From Craspedostauros australis (Eukaryota), in assembly GCA_030167865.1 (NCBI GenBank), contig JALAGF010005893.1:1-58484 (forward strand): 58,484 nucleotides of DNA, given 5' to 3'. Position numbers and translations under genes: made by a program. The notes beneath the pieces are model-generated. The model ran no database searches, had not been told where the DNA came from, and worked only from the letters and a program-made list of their open reading frames with translations. Positions 9,917 through 22,703 of this stretch are shown here, in pieces. Position 1 is the stretch's first letter. Each line of letters starts with the position of its first letter.

Positions 9917-12663
9917 TCACTTGCCCATTGCCTGTTCAATGTTGGCGAGGCGTGCATTGTTGTCTCGCAGGATCTGCTCCATCGTATCCAACCGGTTCAT
10001 GACACGCTCTTCGAATCTCATCAATGCCTCCATCATGGTGGCATCAGGCCGCTGCTGCGGCTGTGTCGCCAGGACCGTCCGTAGTGCTGTCGCTGTTTCC
10101 ACCAGTGACATCAGTTCCAAACGAACAAAGGTTTCTCGTTGCGCGCATGACGTTTGGACCCTGGCAATCAGATCCATACCATTCTTGGTGTGCGACAAGT
10201 CCAGCCCACGCACGTCCAAACCGGAATCGCTGCTACTGTTGTTGTCGCTGTCGTTGTCGCTGTTGCTGTTGGGCAGGAAGTCGCCCAAATCGTACGTCTT
10301 CAGGTTGTTGTTGCTGGTCAAGATGCCATGTGCAAATGCCAGCGACATGATAGACACGCGTGATGATGACGATGACGACGACGACGATTCCGACGTTGCC
10401 ACGACCACATCGAAGGATTGCTCCGCATTCTGCTGCGGTGCCGGCCGGGGCGTCATGTGCTTTGCCGGCGACGGCGAGAACATGAATTTGTTGCCAGGCA
10501 TGTTTGTGAAGGACGGCGAGATCATGAAGAAATCTGACATATTGGATTGATTCGTTGGCGACGTTGTGATGGGCTTGTGCGAAGACAGCTTGATATCCAT
10601 GCTGTCAGTGAGCGACAAGTCTGTGGGGAGGTTAGCAATGCAAATCGCCGATGTGACCTCGTTCGACGTTCTGGATACCTTCTGCAATGTCACCAGCACA
10701 AGATGAGCCTCCTGACCTTCCTCCTCGATGCAAGAATTGTACATCATCTTGAACGAACCAATCGATGACTGCCTCGAGTATTTGGGTTTGCCCAGCGGGG
10801 TCTTGTCGATGAGCGATGTGTCCGTGATAATCTGGAGTCCCTCCAGCGACATCTCGTTAGATCCTGCTCGTCGACGTGGGGACGACCTCGGCACATATCG
10901 CCCGCTCATGTCGAGAACCTCGGTTGCGGGCGATTCGAATGCCTGCATGTCAAGAGATCCATTGATGCTGTGGCCGTTGAGAAAGTGCCTTCTGCGTTCC
11001 GAGATGGGAGTTAGAGGCGTTCTGCTCTCTCCAGTGGGACTGCCAGATCGAGTGTGAGTCGCCGCAGTCGCCTGCCGGGCACGGGCGATCGCATTCATCG
11101 TCTGAACCTCACCCCAATTTGGCGGCAAGGTTGCAGTGATTTCCGTGGGTGACTTGCTCTTTGACTCTCGTTCATTGGTGTGCGAGATTGGCGATGGCCA
11201 AGCATCGTTCTCGTCTATTGGTTGGCTTGCTTGCGGTGGGATGCGCGTGATGATTGCGAACCGTGACAGCACCGGCTGATGTTGGTTGTCTTTGTCGTTC
11301 ACCTTAATGCCAGCCTGCAGCTTGAACAGACGCATGGACTCATGTCTATAGAACTCATCCTTATCGCAGTACGGCAGATTGATCGGGGGGATGGCACCCA
11401 TCACATCATTCATGGTTTCATCCCATGTTGAAATGGACGGTACGCGCAGGATCACCAATTTGGATGGTGTCAACAACACAAGCCCTTTGGTTGCTTCCAA
11501 CTCGCAAAATTGCATGTCGACGATGGATTGCATACCAGAGTTCTGCATCATCTCCAATCGCTTGATTGGTTGTCTGACTTCATGACCACCAAATCGAAAG
11601 ACCGCGTGAACGGGTAGCTGTGAACCGATGTGCTTGATTTGGGCACTCGGAATCGATCCTGAGTCATGGTTTTGTGTCAGTGCCAGGATTAGACATTGTC
11701 CCAATGTTGGATCTTCTACAACAGTTGCAACGGCACGACCATCACTGGCTAACTCAACGGTGGATGATCTGGTGCCAACAATCTGAATTGATCGCATAAT
11801 GTTAGCGAATGGTGATCGAGCATAGCAGACGGAAGTCAGCGAGCGAATGAACGAGCAAAGGAATGAACGGAGGGCGGTGAGTGCGACTGACGAGAAGCAA
11901 GAGCAGTATTATAGGCTTCGAATTGCGTGGAATTGAGCAAATGGCAGAACGTGGTGTCTTGGAAGCTCACCTGAATGGACTCCGTCAGTTTGAAGCCATC
12001 CGTTCCACCTGGTGATCTTGCAAGGGCAACGGAAAAGGCGACCAAGGTGTTGTCGGTGGTGATGGCGACACACACAAATGCAACGACCTCGGAGCATTGC
12101 GATTGCGAACGACCGTGAATGCTGCTGTTGAAGCCGCGAGACATGCCATGGGCGGCGCACGATGTAGACAGCGGCACAAGCTGCACCGTCTTCGCTGATT
12201 GGCCCACATCCAACGCGATGGGGTTCAGCTGCGTGCCTGTGACGTAGATGTCAACAAGATGTGGTTGTTCCACTGGAATCAAGCCATTGATGTTCACTGA
12301 ATCGTGAGTCGTAGATATGGTCCGCGCTGCGCTGTCCACCTGGTACACGTCCACCTCGCATGAACTTCTCGTTTCGTCGTCGACGATGTACTTCTTGCCA
12401 TCGTCACAATGATGAACATCGCCCAAAGTCACATTCATGGTGCTCGATGCAGGCATGCGTTGGTTGGGAGCTTGCGAAAAGTAATGGTGATAGTGTTGTT
12501 GCTGCGATTGATGTGATTGATGTGACTGATGTGGATGACCTTGGAGTGGTTGGTGTGGATGGATGTGATGACTGCTGTGGTGCGGGTGCTGGCTCCGCAT
12601 CATCTTGTGATGCTGCAGCTGCTGTCGAAGCTGCGGTTGATTGGAGTTGATGTATGATGTCAT
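9917..12663 (-). CDS. Hypothetical protein (852 aa) with His/Gln-rich N-terminus, Ser/Pro-rich middle and C-terminal coiled coil; exons 12663-11971 and 11782-9917
   Basis: Two long same-strand ORFs are joined in frame by a phase-0 intron 11970-11783 (CAG|gtgagc, branch cgctaac, ttcag|ATT). Confidence 0.75.
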
Positions 12664-13417
12664 TTGGGGAGGTGTTCGTCTCTACAGATAGGGAGGGAGC
12701 TTGAGTTCGAATGGCGGCAGAGTGTGATGGCGCAGAGCACTCCGATTTGGTTTCGCTTTCGTGGCTCTGGTCGATGCCAATTGCCTATGGTATTGCCTGT
12801 CGTTGGAGAAACGGGATCAATTCGGTTGAGATCAGTTGTTTGACGAAGGTTTGATTGCCGTCGGACGTAAGAAATGAGTGCATTGAAGGACTGTTTCGCT
12901 CTTCAAAACGATTCTGTTGTGATCTGATGTGCTGTGTGGGATGGGATGGGTGGTTGAGCATTGCCACTCCTCCGATGATCGCGAAACATGTCGTTGGATG
13001 GAGCGTTTCTCCTTTTCGCACGTTCTTGGGGACTGTGTGAAAAAATGATGCAGAGCCATCAAACACCAGATTCAAAAATGGGAATTGTAACGGTAAGAAA
13101 TCGTTGAGTCCATCGAATCGAACAATGCTGTGTTCGGCGCCAAAATCGACGCGACAAGGTTTTGGCACTCGTGGATTCTCCGTGGTTCATGAAGCAAGTC
13201 AACAGACACAGGAGAGCAATCGACAAGCTCGCAGCACAGATACCTGCCGGACGGTGTGGCATGTCACAACCCTGGCCACTACGTACGTGAACTCGTGGGA
13301 TAGTCTGAGCCAGCCTCGCTTCACTGACGAGCAAGGACAACGACAAGCACGAACACCACTACGAGCAGACGAGCACTGGAAGGACAACCACAGCATCAAG
13401 TGACACCGTTGTGCACA

Positions 13418-15380
13418 ATGGCGGCCCCGTCCCACCTTCCAGCAACAGAAGCTGCCTCATCAGCATCTGCAGGAGTGATGCCATCACATGAAGCCACGGC
13501 AGCAGCATCTTCAGCGTCATCGTCATCAGCAACATCATCGCTGTACGATGAATGCATCAAGCTGCTCAAGGCCAAGCAATTCAAGAGCTGCGAGATCCTC
13601 ACTCGCATGGAGCTGTCGAAATCGGAAATGCTGGGACGTGATCCGCAGCCGCTGTGGGCCATCCTGGGGGAATGCGCGCAGCAAACCAAGCAGTATCGAC
13701 AGGCCATTTCGTACTACCGGAGAATACACAGTGGCAACGTGATCATGAGCAGTCACAACAATAACAGCACGCATCACAATCAGAACCAGCAACATTACCA
13801 CACGTACCGCTGGAAGGAGGCCCAGTGCTTGAAAGAATTGGGGAATGTCGTCGAAGCCTCGAGCGTGCTGGAATTGGTCCCCATCCATGCTCGGAACATG
13901 TCGATGCATATGCTGCTGGGCCATCTGTATTTGGCCAGCGGAAGGAATGTGGCTGCGACCGACTCCTTGCTGCAAGGTCTCATCCTCGATCCGTACGCTT
14001 TGGAGGCCGTCGAGCTGTTGGCCATTCTGGGCAACGACAAAGGTCGGGTGTTGGAGGCCATCAAGTTTGGATTCGTCAAGAACGGCAAGCCATCGCAAGG
14101 TGACGATGGCGGTCCATTGAAGGAGATCGTGTCTGCGATTTTCGCCAAACATCGGCATCACAATGCCATGGCATTGCAGCAGTTTGAAGAATTGGAACGT
14201 GAATATCCCAACAATGTTCACTTCCTGCTCAACATTGCAACGTTGCAGGTACGTGCTGATCGTACTACGGCATGGTGCAAGCACAAGCGGGCATGCGCAG
14301 GGCTCATGGGGGGGGTGTGCGTTGCGTATCATGGATCGAGATGATGCCATGTGTGGTATGCATCGTTTCCCTTTTGACTTCTTGTTTGTTGCCCCCTTAT
14401 CCATTCACCCCTCACATGATGATTGCTCAATCGTTCCGCAACTACTCTACCACACCTATCCAACAACTCGAACTCGAACTCTTGTCCTGATGCAGCACCG
14501 AATGAATGATGATGCTGGTGCTGCACGCACATTCGCCAAGGTGCGCGAACTGGAGGAAACAACCGTGAGCTGCATGGATCAGTACGCCGAGATCCTGGCG
14601 GGGCAGCACAACCTCAACGAACTGAATCGCCTGTGTTCCAGCCTGCTGGAGATCGACGACAAGCGGGCCGAGGCTTGGACGACGCTCGCGTTATTCCACG
14701 AGGCCCGCAACGACCATGAGAAGGCGTTGGCGTTCGTTGACAAGGCCATTGCGATGGATCAGCGCCACGCCTTCGCCCACAGACTGCGCGGTAGCATCCT
14801 GCTGGCAGACAATCGCCCTGACCATGCTGCCGTGTCCTTCTTCCGATCGAACGAAATCACGCGCGACGTGGCCAGCTACGAAGGTCTGGTGGATTCCTAC
14901 CTGGCATCCGGCAAGTACCGCGAGGCCATCTGCGCTGCCAAGGAGGCCATCTCGGCCGCACCGCACGACCAGCGCGCCAGGACGCTGGTGGGCATCGCGT
15001 TGGCGCAGGGCGACGAAGATGGTCGCAAGAATGCCAAGCGTGCATTGCGTCGGGCGCTGGCAGTGGAACCAAGCGCCATGCGTCCCCTGTTGGCATTGGT
15101 CTCCATCCACATGAAAGAACAGGATCCCGGCGCGGCCATCGAGCTGCTGGAACGCGGCATGACAGAAGGCGGGCATCCGGATGTGCTGCAATGCAGGTTG
15201 GGCGAGGTGTACATGGCGAAGGAGGATTATCACAATGCCATTGCCGCATTTCACAGCGCGTTGGCGTTCAACTCAATGAATATGGAGGCCCAGCAGCTGT
15301 TGGAGCGTCTGGAGAAGCTGGTGATGACGGACGGCGCTGAGGGAGGCAGTTACGCAACGCCGAGTCGTCCGTCGTACTGA
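13418..15380 (+). CDS. ANAPC7: Anaphase-promoting complex subunit 7 (TPR protein); exons 13418-14248 and 14496-15380 (571 aa)
   Basis: TPR array with APC7-like segments (QYRQAISYY, EASSVLELVP, DPYALEAV, MDQYAEIL, YEGLVDSYL). Phase-0 intron 14249-14495 (CAG|gtacgt...atgcag|CAC). Confidence 0.85.
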
Positions 15381-15675
15381 CGCCGAACCGAATACTTGGC
15401 GTAAGATCGAAGAAGATACTCTGCTTTTCTACTTGGCTCTCTTTTGTGGCATGTAGGATACATACACAGGAGGAGGTACTGGAGTCCTACTATATGTTGC
15501 ATCTTGCTAAGGTATGGTACGGCGTTTTCTAGAGAATAGAATACTACTGGGTACTCTATGCGGTATGGTATGGTATGATAGTTTACATGATTCCCCATCG
15601 AATGAAAAAGGCATGGTTACTCACGGACAAACGGACTGCACATGGTTGATGAACTGAGCGACCAAGTGTCGACGC

Positions 15676-17732
15676 TTACTGGCGGCGGCGTGGTGCTCTT
15701 CGGCCTCTGCCGTTGGCTTCCTCCTCCAATCGGAACATGGCGCTGAGCTCCTTGAGTGTCGCCTGCTTGCCCTCGACACTCTCCGTCTTGCGCAGATGCG
15801 CCATTGGTCCGTGCAGAAGCTTGTTGACGATTCCACGGGACAATCGTTCGACGGCCTCCATCTCGCGTTCGGAGAGGTTGGCACGCGACAGCTTGCGCGT
15901 GCAGCGCTCCAGCTCCTCCTCGCGGAATTTGTTGGCGCGCTCCTGCAGCTGGTTGATGGTTGGGATGGCGGAGAGGGATTCTCTCCATCCGATGAAGGCG
16001 TCGGCCTCTTCATGCAGCAGTGTCTCGGCTTCGAGCATCTCGCGCTGTCGCATGGCTGTGTTCTTGGCCACGACGGCCTTCAGGTCATCGACGTTGTACG
16101 CCTTGACGTTTGTGAGCTGTTGTGTGCCAACATGATCGTAAATAGCGATGCGATGTGCCGGTAGACGTAAAAGTAAGAAGGAATATTGTGAGAATATGGT
16201 CCGAATTGAAGCAGAAATGACTCCAGTGTGCAATATGCTGGGACACCCCAAAAGCTGCAGTCATCGCAGCAGCCCAATGATCGACGTACCGTCTCGCAAT
16301 CCTCTCCGACGTTACGTGGCACCGAGATATCGACAAGCATGAGGGGACGTCCGCTGGCCAAGCCGTTGGCCTCGAGCTTCTGTCCATCGATCACGTAGTC
16401 TTCGCAGGAGGTGGCAGTGTAGACAATGTCGGAGCGTCCGACGACGTCCCACAGATCGTCCATCAATTTGATCTCAATGTCGACGTCTGGGAACTGTTCC
16501 TGCAATTCCAAGGGACGCGCCATGGAGCGGTTGACGATGGTGATTTTCTCCAATCCGCGCGATGCCAGGTGCGTGACGAGGAGGCGCGTCATCTTTCCGG
16601 CACCGACGACCGCGAGGCGGGCCTCGGAGAAGGGGAGGTTGAGATCCTGCAGGGAGAGCATCTCGCTGAGCTCGACGGCGGCCGAAGAGACGCTGACGGA
16701 ACCCTTGGAGATGGCGGTCTCTGATCTCACGCGCTTTCCGGCTGCGACAGCGTTGTTGAGGAGACGTGAGAGGACCTTGCCTCCGCATCCGTCGTCCTCA
16801 ATGGAGTGAAGATGGCACTGTCGCACCTGCGAGAGGATCTGTCCTTCGCCGACGACGAGGGAATCCAGGCCACCCGCGACTCTCATGATATGCCACACGG
16901 CGTCGTCGCCGGAGAGCATGAAGAGGTTCTTGCGCAGGGTGGAGACAGGCAGACCCGATCGCTTGGCGAGGTACTTCGTGATGCTGGCCATGGAGACGCG
17001 CGGGTCGGAGGCGGCGTAGTAGACCTCGAAACGGTTGCAGGTGGACAGCACGGCGGCCTCCGCGACATCACCATCGGCGATGATTTCGTTGGAAGCGGCG
17101 TTCCAATCGGCCTCCGCGATGGCGAGCTTTTCACGGACCTCCACATCTGCGTGGTGGATGGACAAACCCACGACGTGCACCTGAAGCCCCTTGGATGCAG
17201 CCTCAAGACGTTCCTGCCATCGTGAATTCGTCGAACCAAATAGAGCCGAATCGAATGAGGTCAAATCGCAGAGAACATGGCATGGGATGTGGAGGAGAGG
17301 CAAATGACATCATTGAAATTGTGGGTCATGCATAATAGTATTGCGGGTGCGTTGCGAGGAAACAAGTTGAAGTTGAAGGAGTGGGATAGAAAAGATAAAT
17401 GGTGAAATGTGATTGTGTGAGAATGTGGCGGACATGGCAGACCATGGCACAAGAACCAATTAGACAATGCATATCCTTTATGGCAACAGAACGCAACGTA
17501 CCTGCCTGGTTCTGCGAGGGCGAATCTCTCCGCTGACTGCATCAATCTCTGGCTCTGTGGCCACCATGGCCAACTGGCTCAATCCGGCGGAAGAGGACGC
17601 CGTCGTCCTTCTCTGCTGCTGCTGCTTCGACGAGACGGCGGAAGTCATACCTCCTGTGCTGAACGCATCTGCATGCTGTGTGGTGGTGGCGATGGCCAGG
17701 GCCAGTGCGATCATTCCGGATGCCAACTTCAT
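15676..17732 (-). CDS. hemA: Glutamyl-tRNA reductase, plastid-targeted; exons 17732-17502, 17213-16290 and 16116-15676 (531 aa)
   Basis: VREKLA, LSTCNRFEVY (catalytic Cys), GLDSLVVGEGQILSQV, GAGKM, DISVPRNV, YNVDDL, IVNKLLHGP. Signal peptide ends ADA|F (ASAFAP-type). Two phase-0 gtacgt...cag introns. Confidence 0.96.
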
Positions 17733-18436
17733 TGTGCCTTTTCTTATCTTGTCTTATGTTCTGTTGTCTTGCGTTGCTGCTTCTCTGTGTGTGCGAGTGA
17801 ATGGAGTCCTGCTTCTATGGTCTTGCTGTTCTGTCTGCCTGTGGCTTTATGTGTTGATAACGATGATGGTTGTGCAGAGGAGAAAGAGGAGGGAAGGAAA
17901 GAAATGGAAGAAAAGTCCGTTGGAGGTCACGCAACGAGGAACGATGATGATGGCAATGTGCTTGCGATGTGTTTGTGATGTGGTTGCAATGAGATTGCTT
18001 GTTCTGGTGATGTGGGCAGTTGGATGGATGAGTGTTCTGTGCCAGTTCTGTGTCGGTCGCTGTTTGTCGATGCGGCTCGATGTGAGTTGTGCCCAGGGTT
18101 GAGTCTGTTGCTGTTGCTGATGTTGTTGTTGTTGAGGATACAGCCGAAGGTGGGATCAGAAACAGGCTTGGAGATGGCACGACAAACGGTTGTTGCTGAT
18201 GGCAGAGTTGGCGGTGAAGTTGAACAACACCAGAACAAGAACGAAGCAACAAGACGGTGGATCGGTTGAACAGGGAATCTGCCTCGTTGCTGCAGACCTC
18301 TTGCGGGAGCTTGCGGAGAAAAAAGGGTTCAACACAACGCGAGGCAACACGAACACGTATCAACTGGCCAACAGGCAGTTTCCTCATTCCACATTCCACT
18401 CACACATCCGAAGCATTGTATGCAGTTACGAGCTCG

Positions 18437-18621
18437 CACGTGGAGTTAACCAGTGGATACGCAACGTTACGTCATGCTTGTACGAGCTATTTCCGAGATT
18501 GGAGTTCAACAACCGGGTCCCTTTTCTTCGTGACGTCATTCAATATATGGTCGCATGGGTCGATAGTGGATCACTTTCTTTCGTTTCTTTTCATTGGGGT
18601 CATTTCAGTCGAACTGACTCA
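18437..18621. promoter_or_regulatory. Cluster of bZIP-type elements in the divergent hemA/COA7 intergenic region
   Basis: CACGTG at 18437-18442, TTACGTCA at 18467-18474, TGACGTCA at 18531-18538 and TGACTCA at 18615-18621. Confidence 0.4.
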
Positions 18622-19141
18622 GTCAATCACGAACAACTGGCGAAAACACAATCACGAATGCGAACGCCACAAAACAAGCACACACGAAACAACAACAACA
18701 ACAACGCCAACAACAACACCAACAACCCATCACACAGCCAACGCAGGATCCCTGTTTCCGTCTCCTTCTCTTCATCACATCATCGCACTCCTCCATCTCT
18801 CTGTGTCAGTCATACTCGCAGCTTGTATGTGCGTACCGCACATCATCCATTGATGATATTACATCGGATAAGAATCAGAATCGCATCAAGAGACCCAACC
18901 CTGGTTCTGTGTTCAAGCAACCAGCCGAAGATCCCATCAAGCCATCGAGACCACTGTCGACGCATCCCGAAACGTTGTTCATTCGTTCATTCGTTCATTC
19001 GTTCGTTCATTCATTCGCCCACTCGCTGCATCACACTGCAGAGAGGATAGGAAGAGACCGAGAAGCACTTCGTACAAACTACTAGTACGAGTCCACTTCA
19101 CTCTACCTGACTCTATTCGAGAATACATTCGCAATTGAATC

Positions 19142-20336
19142 ATGGGTCAAGGTCAATCTTCGACATCGGCACCGCCGTCGCCGAAAGATGCTTCCGCCAA
19201 GAGCAACTCCAGCGACAGCAAGGACCAAGGCATCTTTCCCACGCCGCAAGATAACAAGTACGATGAAATTGACAAGCTGCAAGCGGAGCTGCCATCCATG
19301 ATCGACGAGGAAAGTCGTCAGCAGGTCGATGATTACATCGAGGCGTGCGACAAGGGCAAGGGACCCATGGTCGCGTGCTTTGCCGCTGGAGAATATCTCA
19401 ACATGTTTGAACGCAAGGTACGAACAGCGGTCTTGTTGGCACGTGTCGGGCATCGCATTATTATTGCTCCTCTGCAATGCTGTGCTGCATTCCATTACTC
19501 TGTTCTATCATGCAAGTGTACCTCACTTGATTCCTGCTTCACCAATTCAACACATGCATGTTCACATCCATGTCCACATCCATGGTCACATGCACGCTGC
19601 CATACTCTCCTCGCACATGGGACACAATGTATTTCAGCACCAAGAGGCATTCAACATGTTCGAAAACACCTGCTTCCGACCCATCGCGGACAAATCGCCG
19701 AACGGGAAGGAGGTGGACGGATCCCGTGCCTACGGTCCGGGCTGCTTCAACCTCGCCAAGATGCTCATGACGGGTCAGGGCGGCGTCGACATGGACCGCA
19801 ACCGTGCCTACAAGGTCTTCGATCGGGCCTGCCAAACGGGACACGGTGGGGCATGCCACATTCAGGCCAAGATTCTGCTCAGCCCGCCGGGAGCCTTGGG
19901 CAAGGACGTGCCCTACGATCCCTACAGGGCAATGGATCTCTACCAAAAGGTCTGCGACACCGGCGATTCCATCTCCTGCTTCACGCTCGCAACAATGCTG
20001 CTGAGAGGAGATAAGATCAACAAACTCGCCCGCAACGTCACACCGCAAGAGGCGCGTGGTGAAGAACCCATCCAGCAGCGCACCAACGAAGATGATCGAG
20101 CTATGACGCAGCAGGATGACGATGATGAAATGTACATTCCGCGCGATCCGCAACGGGCTGAGCAATTGCTTGTGGCGGGGTGTGCGACGGGTGCCCATGC
20201 ACCAAGTTGTTTCAATCTTGCCGTCATGTATCAGAATGGAGATGACGGCGTTCCAGCCGATCCTGCCAAAGCCGAAGAATACAAGCAAAAGACGGAGCGG
20301 ATCATTCAGACCATTGGTGGATTTGGTGGGAAATAA
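19142..20336 (+). CDS. COA7: Cytochrome c oxidase assembly factor 7-like Cys-rich Sel1-repeat protein; exons 19142-19417 and 19638-20336 (324 aa)
   Basis: Sel1-like repeats with paired Cys (GCFNLAKMLMTGQGGV, DRACQTGHGGAC, KVCDTGDSISCF, SCFNLAVMYQNGDDGV). Phase-0 intron 19418-19637 (AAG|gtacga...tttcag|CAC). Confidence 0.78.
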
Positions 20337-20782
20337 GGCATGTTAGAGTAGAGTATTATCGTAGAGTCGAAAAGCATGGTGGCGAAGTGCATGTATTGGA
20401 ACGTACGTATGGTAGAAAGGAACGTGCGAGTCAAATACAAGGAGAAATCGAGTTTCCTCTGGAGAGAGAGAGGGAGAGAGCAATCGTATGTGATCTCCTT
20501 GTGGTCGAGACCGAAGGTTCGTTGGTGCCGAATTGGTGGTCGCTGACGGATGGAGAAACGAGAAAAAGATTTTCGTATCTTCTCCAAACGAAAACACAAG
20601 AAGCCATCACCAAAACCACACGACACAAAAGATACGGCACATCACCCATCAGCAACACCACATTGGCGATTCACAGCACAACACTCGCATTCAGCATACG
20701 AGTACCATACATGCAGCAGACGGCTACAGGCAGCATACACATCCAGTTCTGTCGAGACCACCCTTCCTGTTCAACCACGAAG

Positions 20783-22703
20783 ATGACGGCAACGTGCTCC
20801 CTGCTCTTGCTGTTCCTTCCCACCATCGCATGGGGCTTGGGTATGCCAGCACCCAAACGATTGCGAACCTTGTTGGACTCGGAAATGGACGGAACACGAT
20901 CCAGCGACATGCCCATCCTCCTGCCATGTTGTTACGATGGTCTTACTGCACGGCTAGTCACGCAGACTGGTTTCGAAGCCACCTTCATGACGGGATTTGG
21001 CGTTTCAGGTGAGTGCAACCGGCAGGGCTGCATTCTGTGGTCGATCATGCTGTTGGATTGATTGATTGGTTGATTCGTCGGTTGATGCAGATGAAATCGA
21101 GGGCGGCACGTGATTGTGGACAAAATTCTCAAAGGTGCATATTTTGTTATTCCATTTGGATGTTGGCAACCACCCGCCGATCCATCCATCCATCCAATCC
21201 GCTCATCATTCCTGCCAACACCGACAACGACAACATCATCAACACTATTCGCGGACAGCCGTCAATGGATACCCCGACACGCAGCTCGTGTCCTACCAAG
21301 AAATGCAAAACGCTGCCCTCATCGTGTCGGAAGGATTGGCAAGCGCTGCGTTGGAGATGGGCAAGGACGCGATCCCTTGCATCTGTGATGGGGATACGGG
21401 ATACGGCAACGCCGTCAATGTCAAGCGCACTGTGTTCGGATACGCTCGAGCAGGCATGGGCGGGATCATGATCGAAGATCAAGTGGCGCCCAAACGATGT
21501 GGCCACGTGTCAGGGAAATCAGTCGTCTCATTCGATGAAGCTGTGCAGCGGGTGAAGGCGGCGTGTGATGCAAGGTATGTACTTGCATCGCATTCATAGT
21601 TGTATCGTACTGATACTGCAGACATCGCGACAAGAGCAGAGCAAACTATCTGAAGGTGATTCTGAATCATTACATTGCATTGATACGACACGTCCTCTTT
21701 TTCCCTGAAAGAGCAGGAGCGTTCCTCGACACTGCCAGGCAACATACGCGACCTCTCTCACGCCATCGTCCATACTCACGCACCTCTACTATATGCACGG
21801 CCCCTGACGGAAACCGTCCCCTCCTCATGGCTGTACGAGCGCAGAGACGAATTCAACTCGTTGTTCGGCGAAGATATGGCGCCGCTGATATTGGCCAGGA
21901 CGGACGCTCTCAAGACGGATGATTTCGAGGAGGCCATCCGACGCTGTCAGGCATTCCGCGACGTGGGATGCGACATGACCTTCCTGGAGGCACCGGAAAG
22001 CATCGAACAGATGGAGGAGTACTGCCGCCGAGTCGATGGTCCCAAGCTGGCGAATATGCTCGAGCAAGGATCGACGCCTGTCCTGCCACCGCAGGAGCTC
22101 AAGAAGATTGGCTACACCATGGCAGCATACCCGCTGACGTTGCTGTCCGCTTCCATCAAGTCCATGAAGGAAGCGTTGCAGTGCATACGTACTGGTGCGC
22201 CCACGGATGATCTCATATGCTCGTGTAAGTCCTTGGGTGATAGTGTGATGGTGTGGTACTGTTTGCAAGATAGTGAAGGTGTTTTTGCATCGCATATGCT
22301 TCGTTTGAGATTGAATGGATGAACCAACGGCCTTTAGAGAGAGAGAGAGAGAGAGATTGATGGTGCCAAAGCCTCTCTGGAGCGAGAGGGATGCAAAGCG
22401 AAATGGCGAACTAGTGGAATGAAATGGATCGAAATGCGGATGTAGGAGTAGGTGCCAAGCGTGGCTATGATGCACGCTCGCAATATCTTATCCATGCTGA
22501 CTCTGCCATCTTGTTCCGGCCACTTCTGCGACTACTCCTTACATGCGTACGAATCAACCGGCCAACGAACCAATCATCGGATTGGTCAACCACCCGATGG
22601 GTGATTACTCCATCTCCGTGAACATGATGCAGTTTCCGACACCAAAGCTACCGTCGGGTTTGCTCGTTATGCTGACGAAGAGGCCAAATACAAGGTCGAA
22701 TAA
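20783..22703 (+). CDS. Isocitrate lyase/PEP mutase superfamily enzyme (2-methylisocitrate lyase / 2,3-dimethylmalate lyase-like) with N-terminal signal peptide; exons 20783-21008, 21259-21574, 21845-22224 and 22633-22703
   Basis: YDGLTARL, GFEATFMTGFGVSA, DGDTGYGN, IEDQVAPKRCGH, ILARTDA, FLEAP, LANMLEQG and terminal SF..VGFARYADEEAKY. Three GT-AG introns (phases 1, 2, 1) keep the frame. Confidence 0.9.

Noticed and set aside
17467..19050. 200-290 aa ORFs between hemA and COA7
   Set aside because: They start at non-ATG codons or translate low-complexity UTR/promoter microsatellites (CAA, TTCA) and lack coding-like composition.
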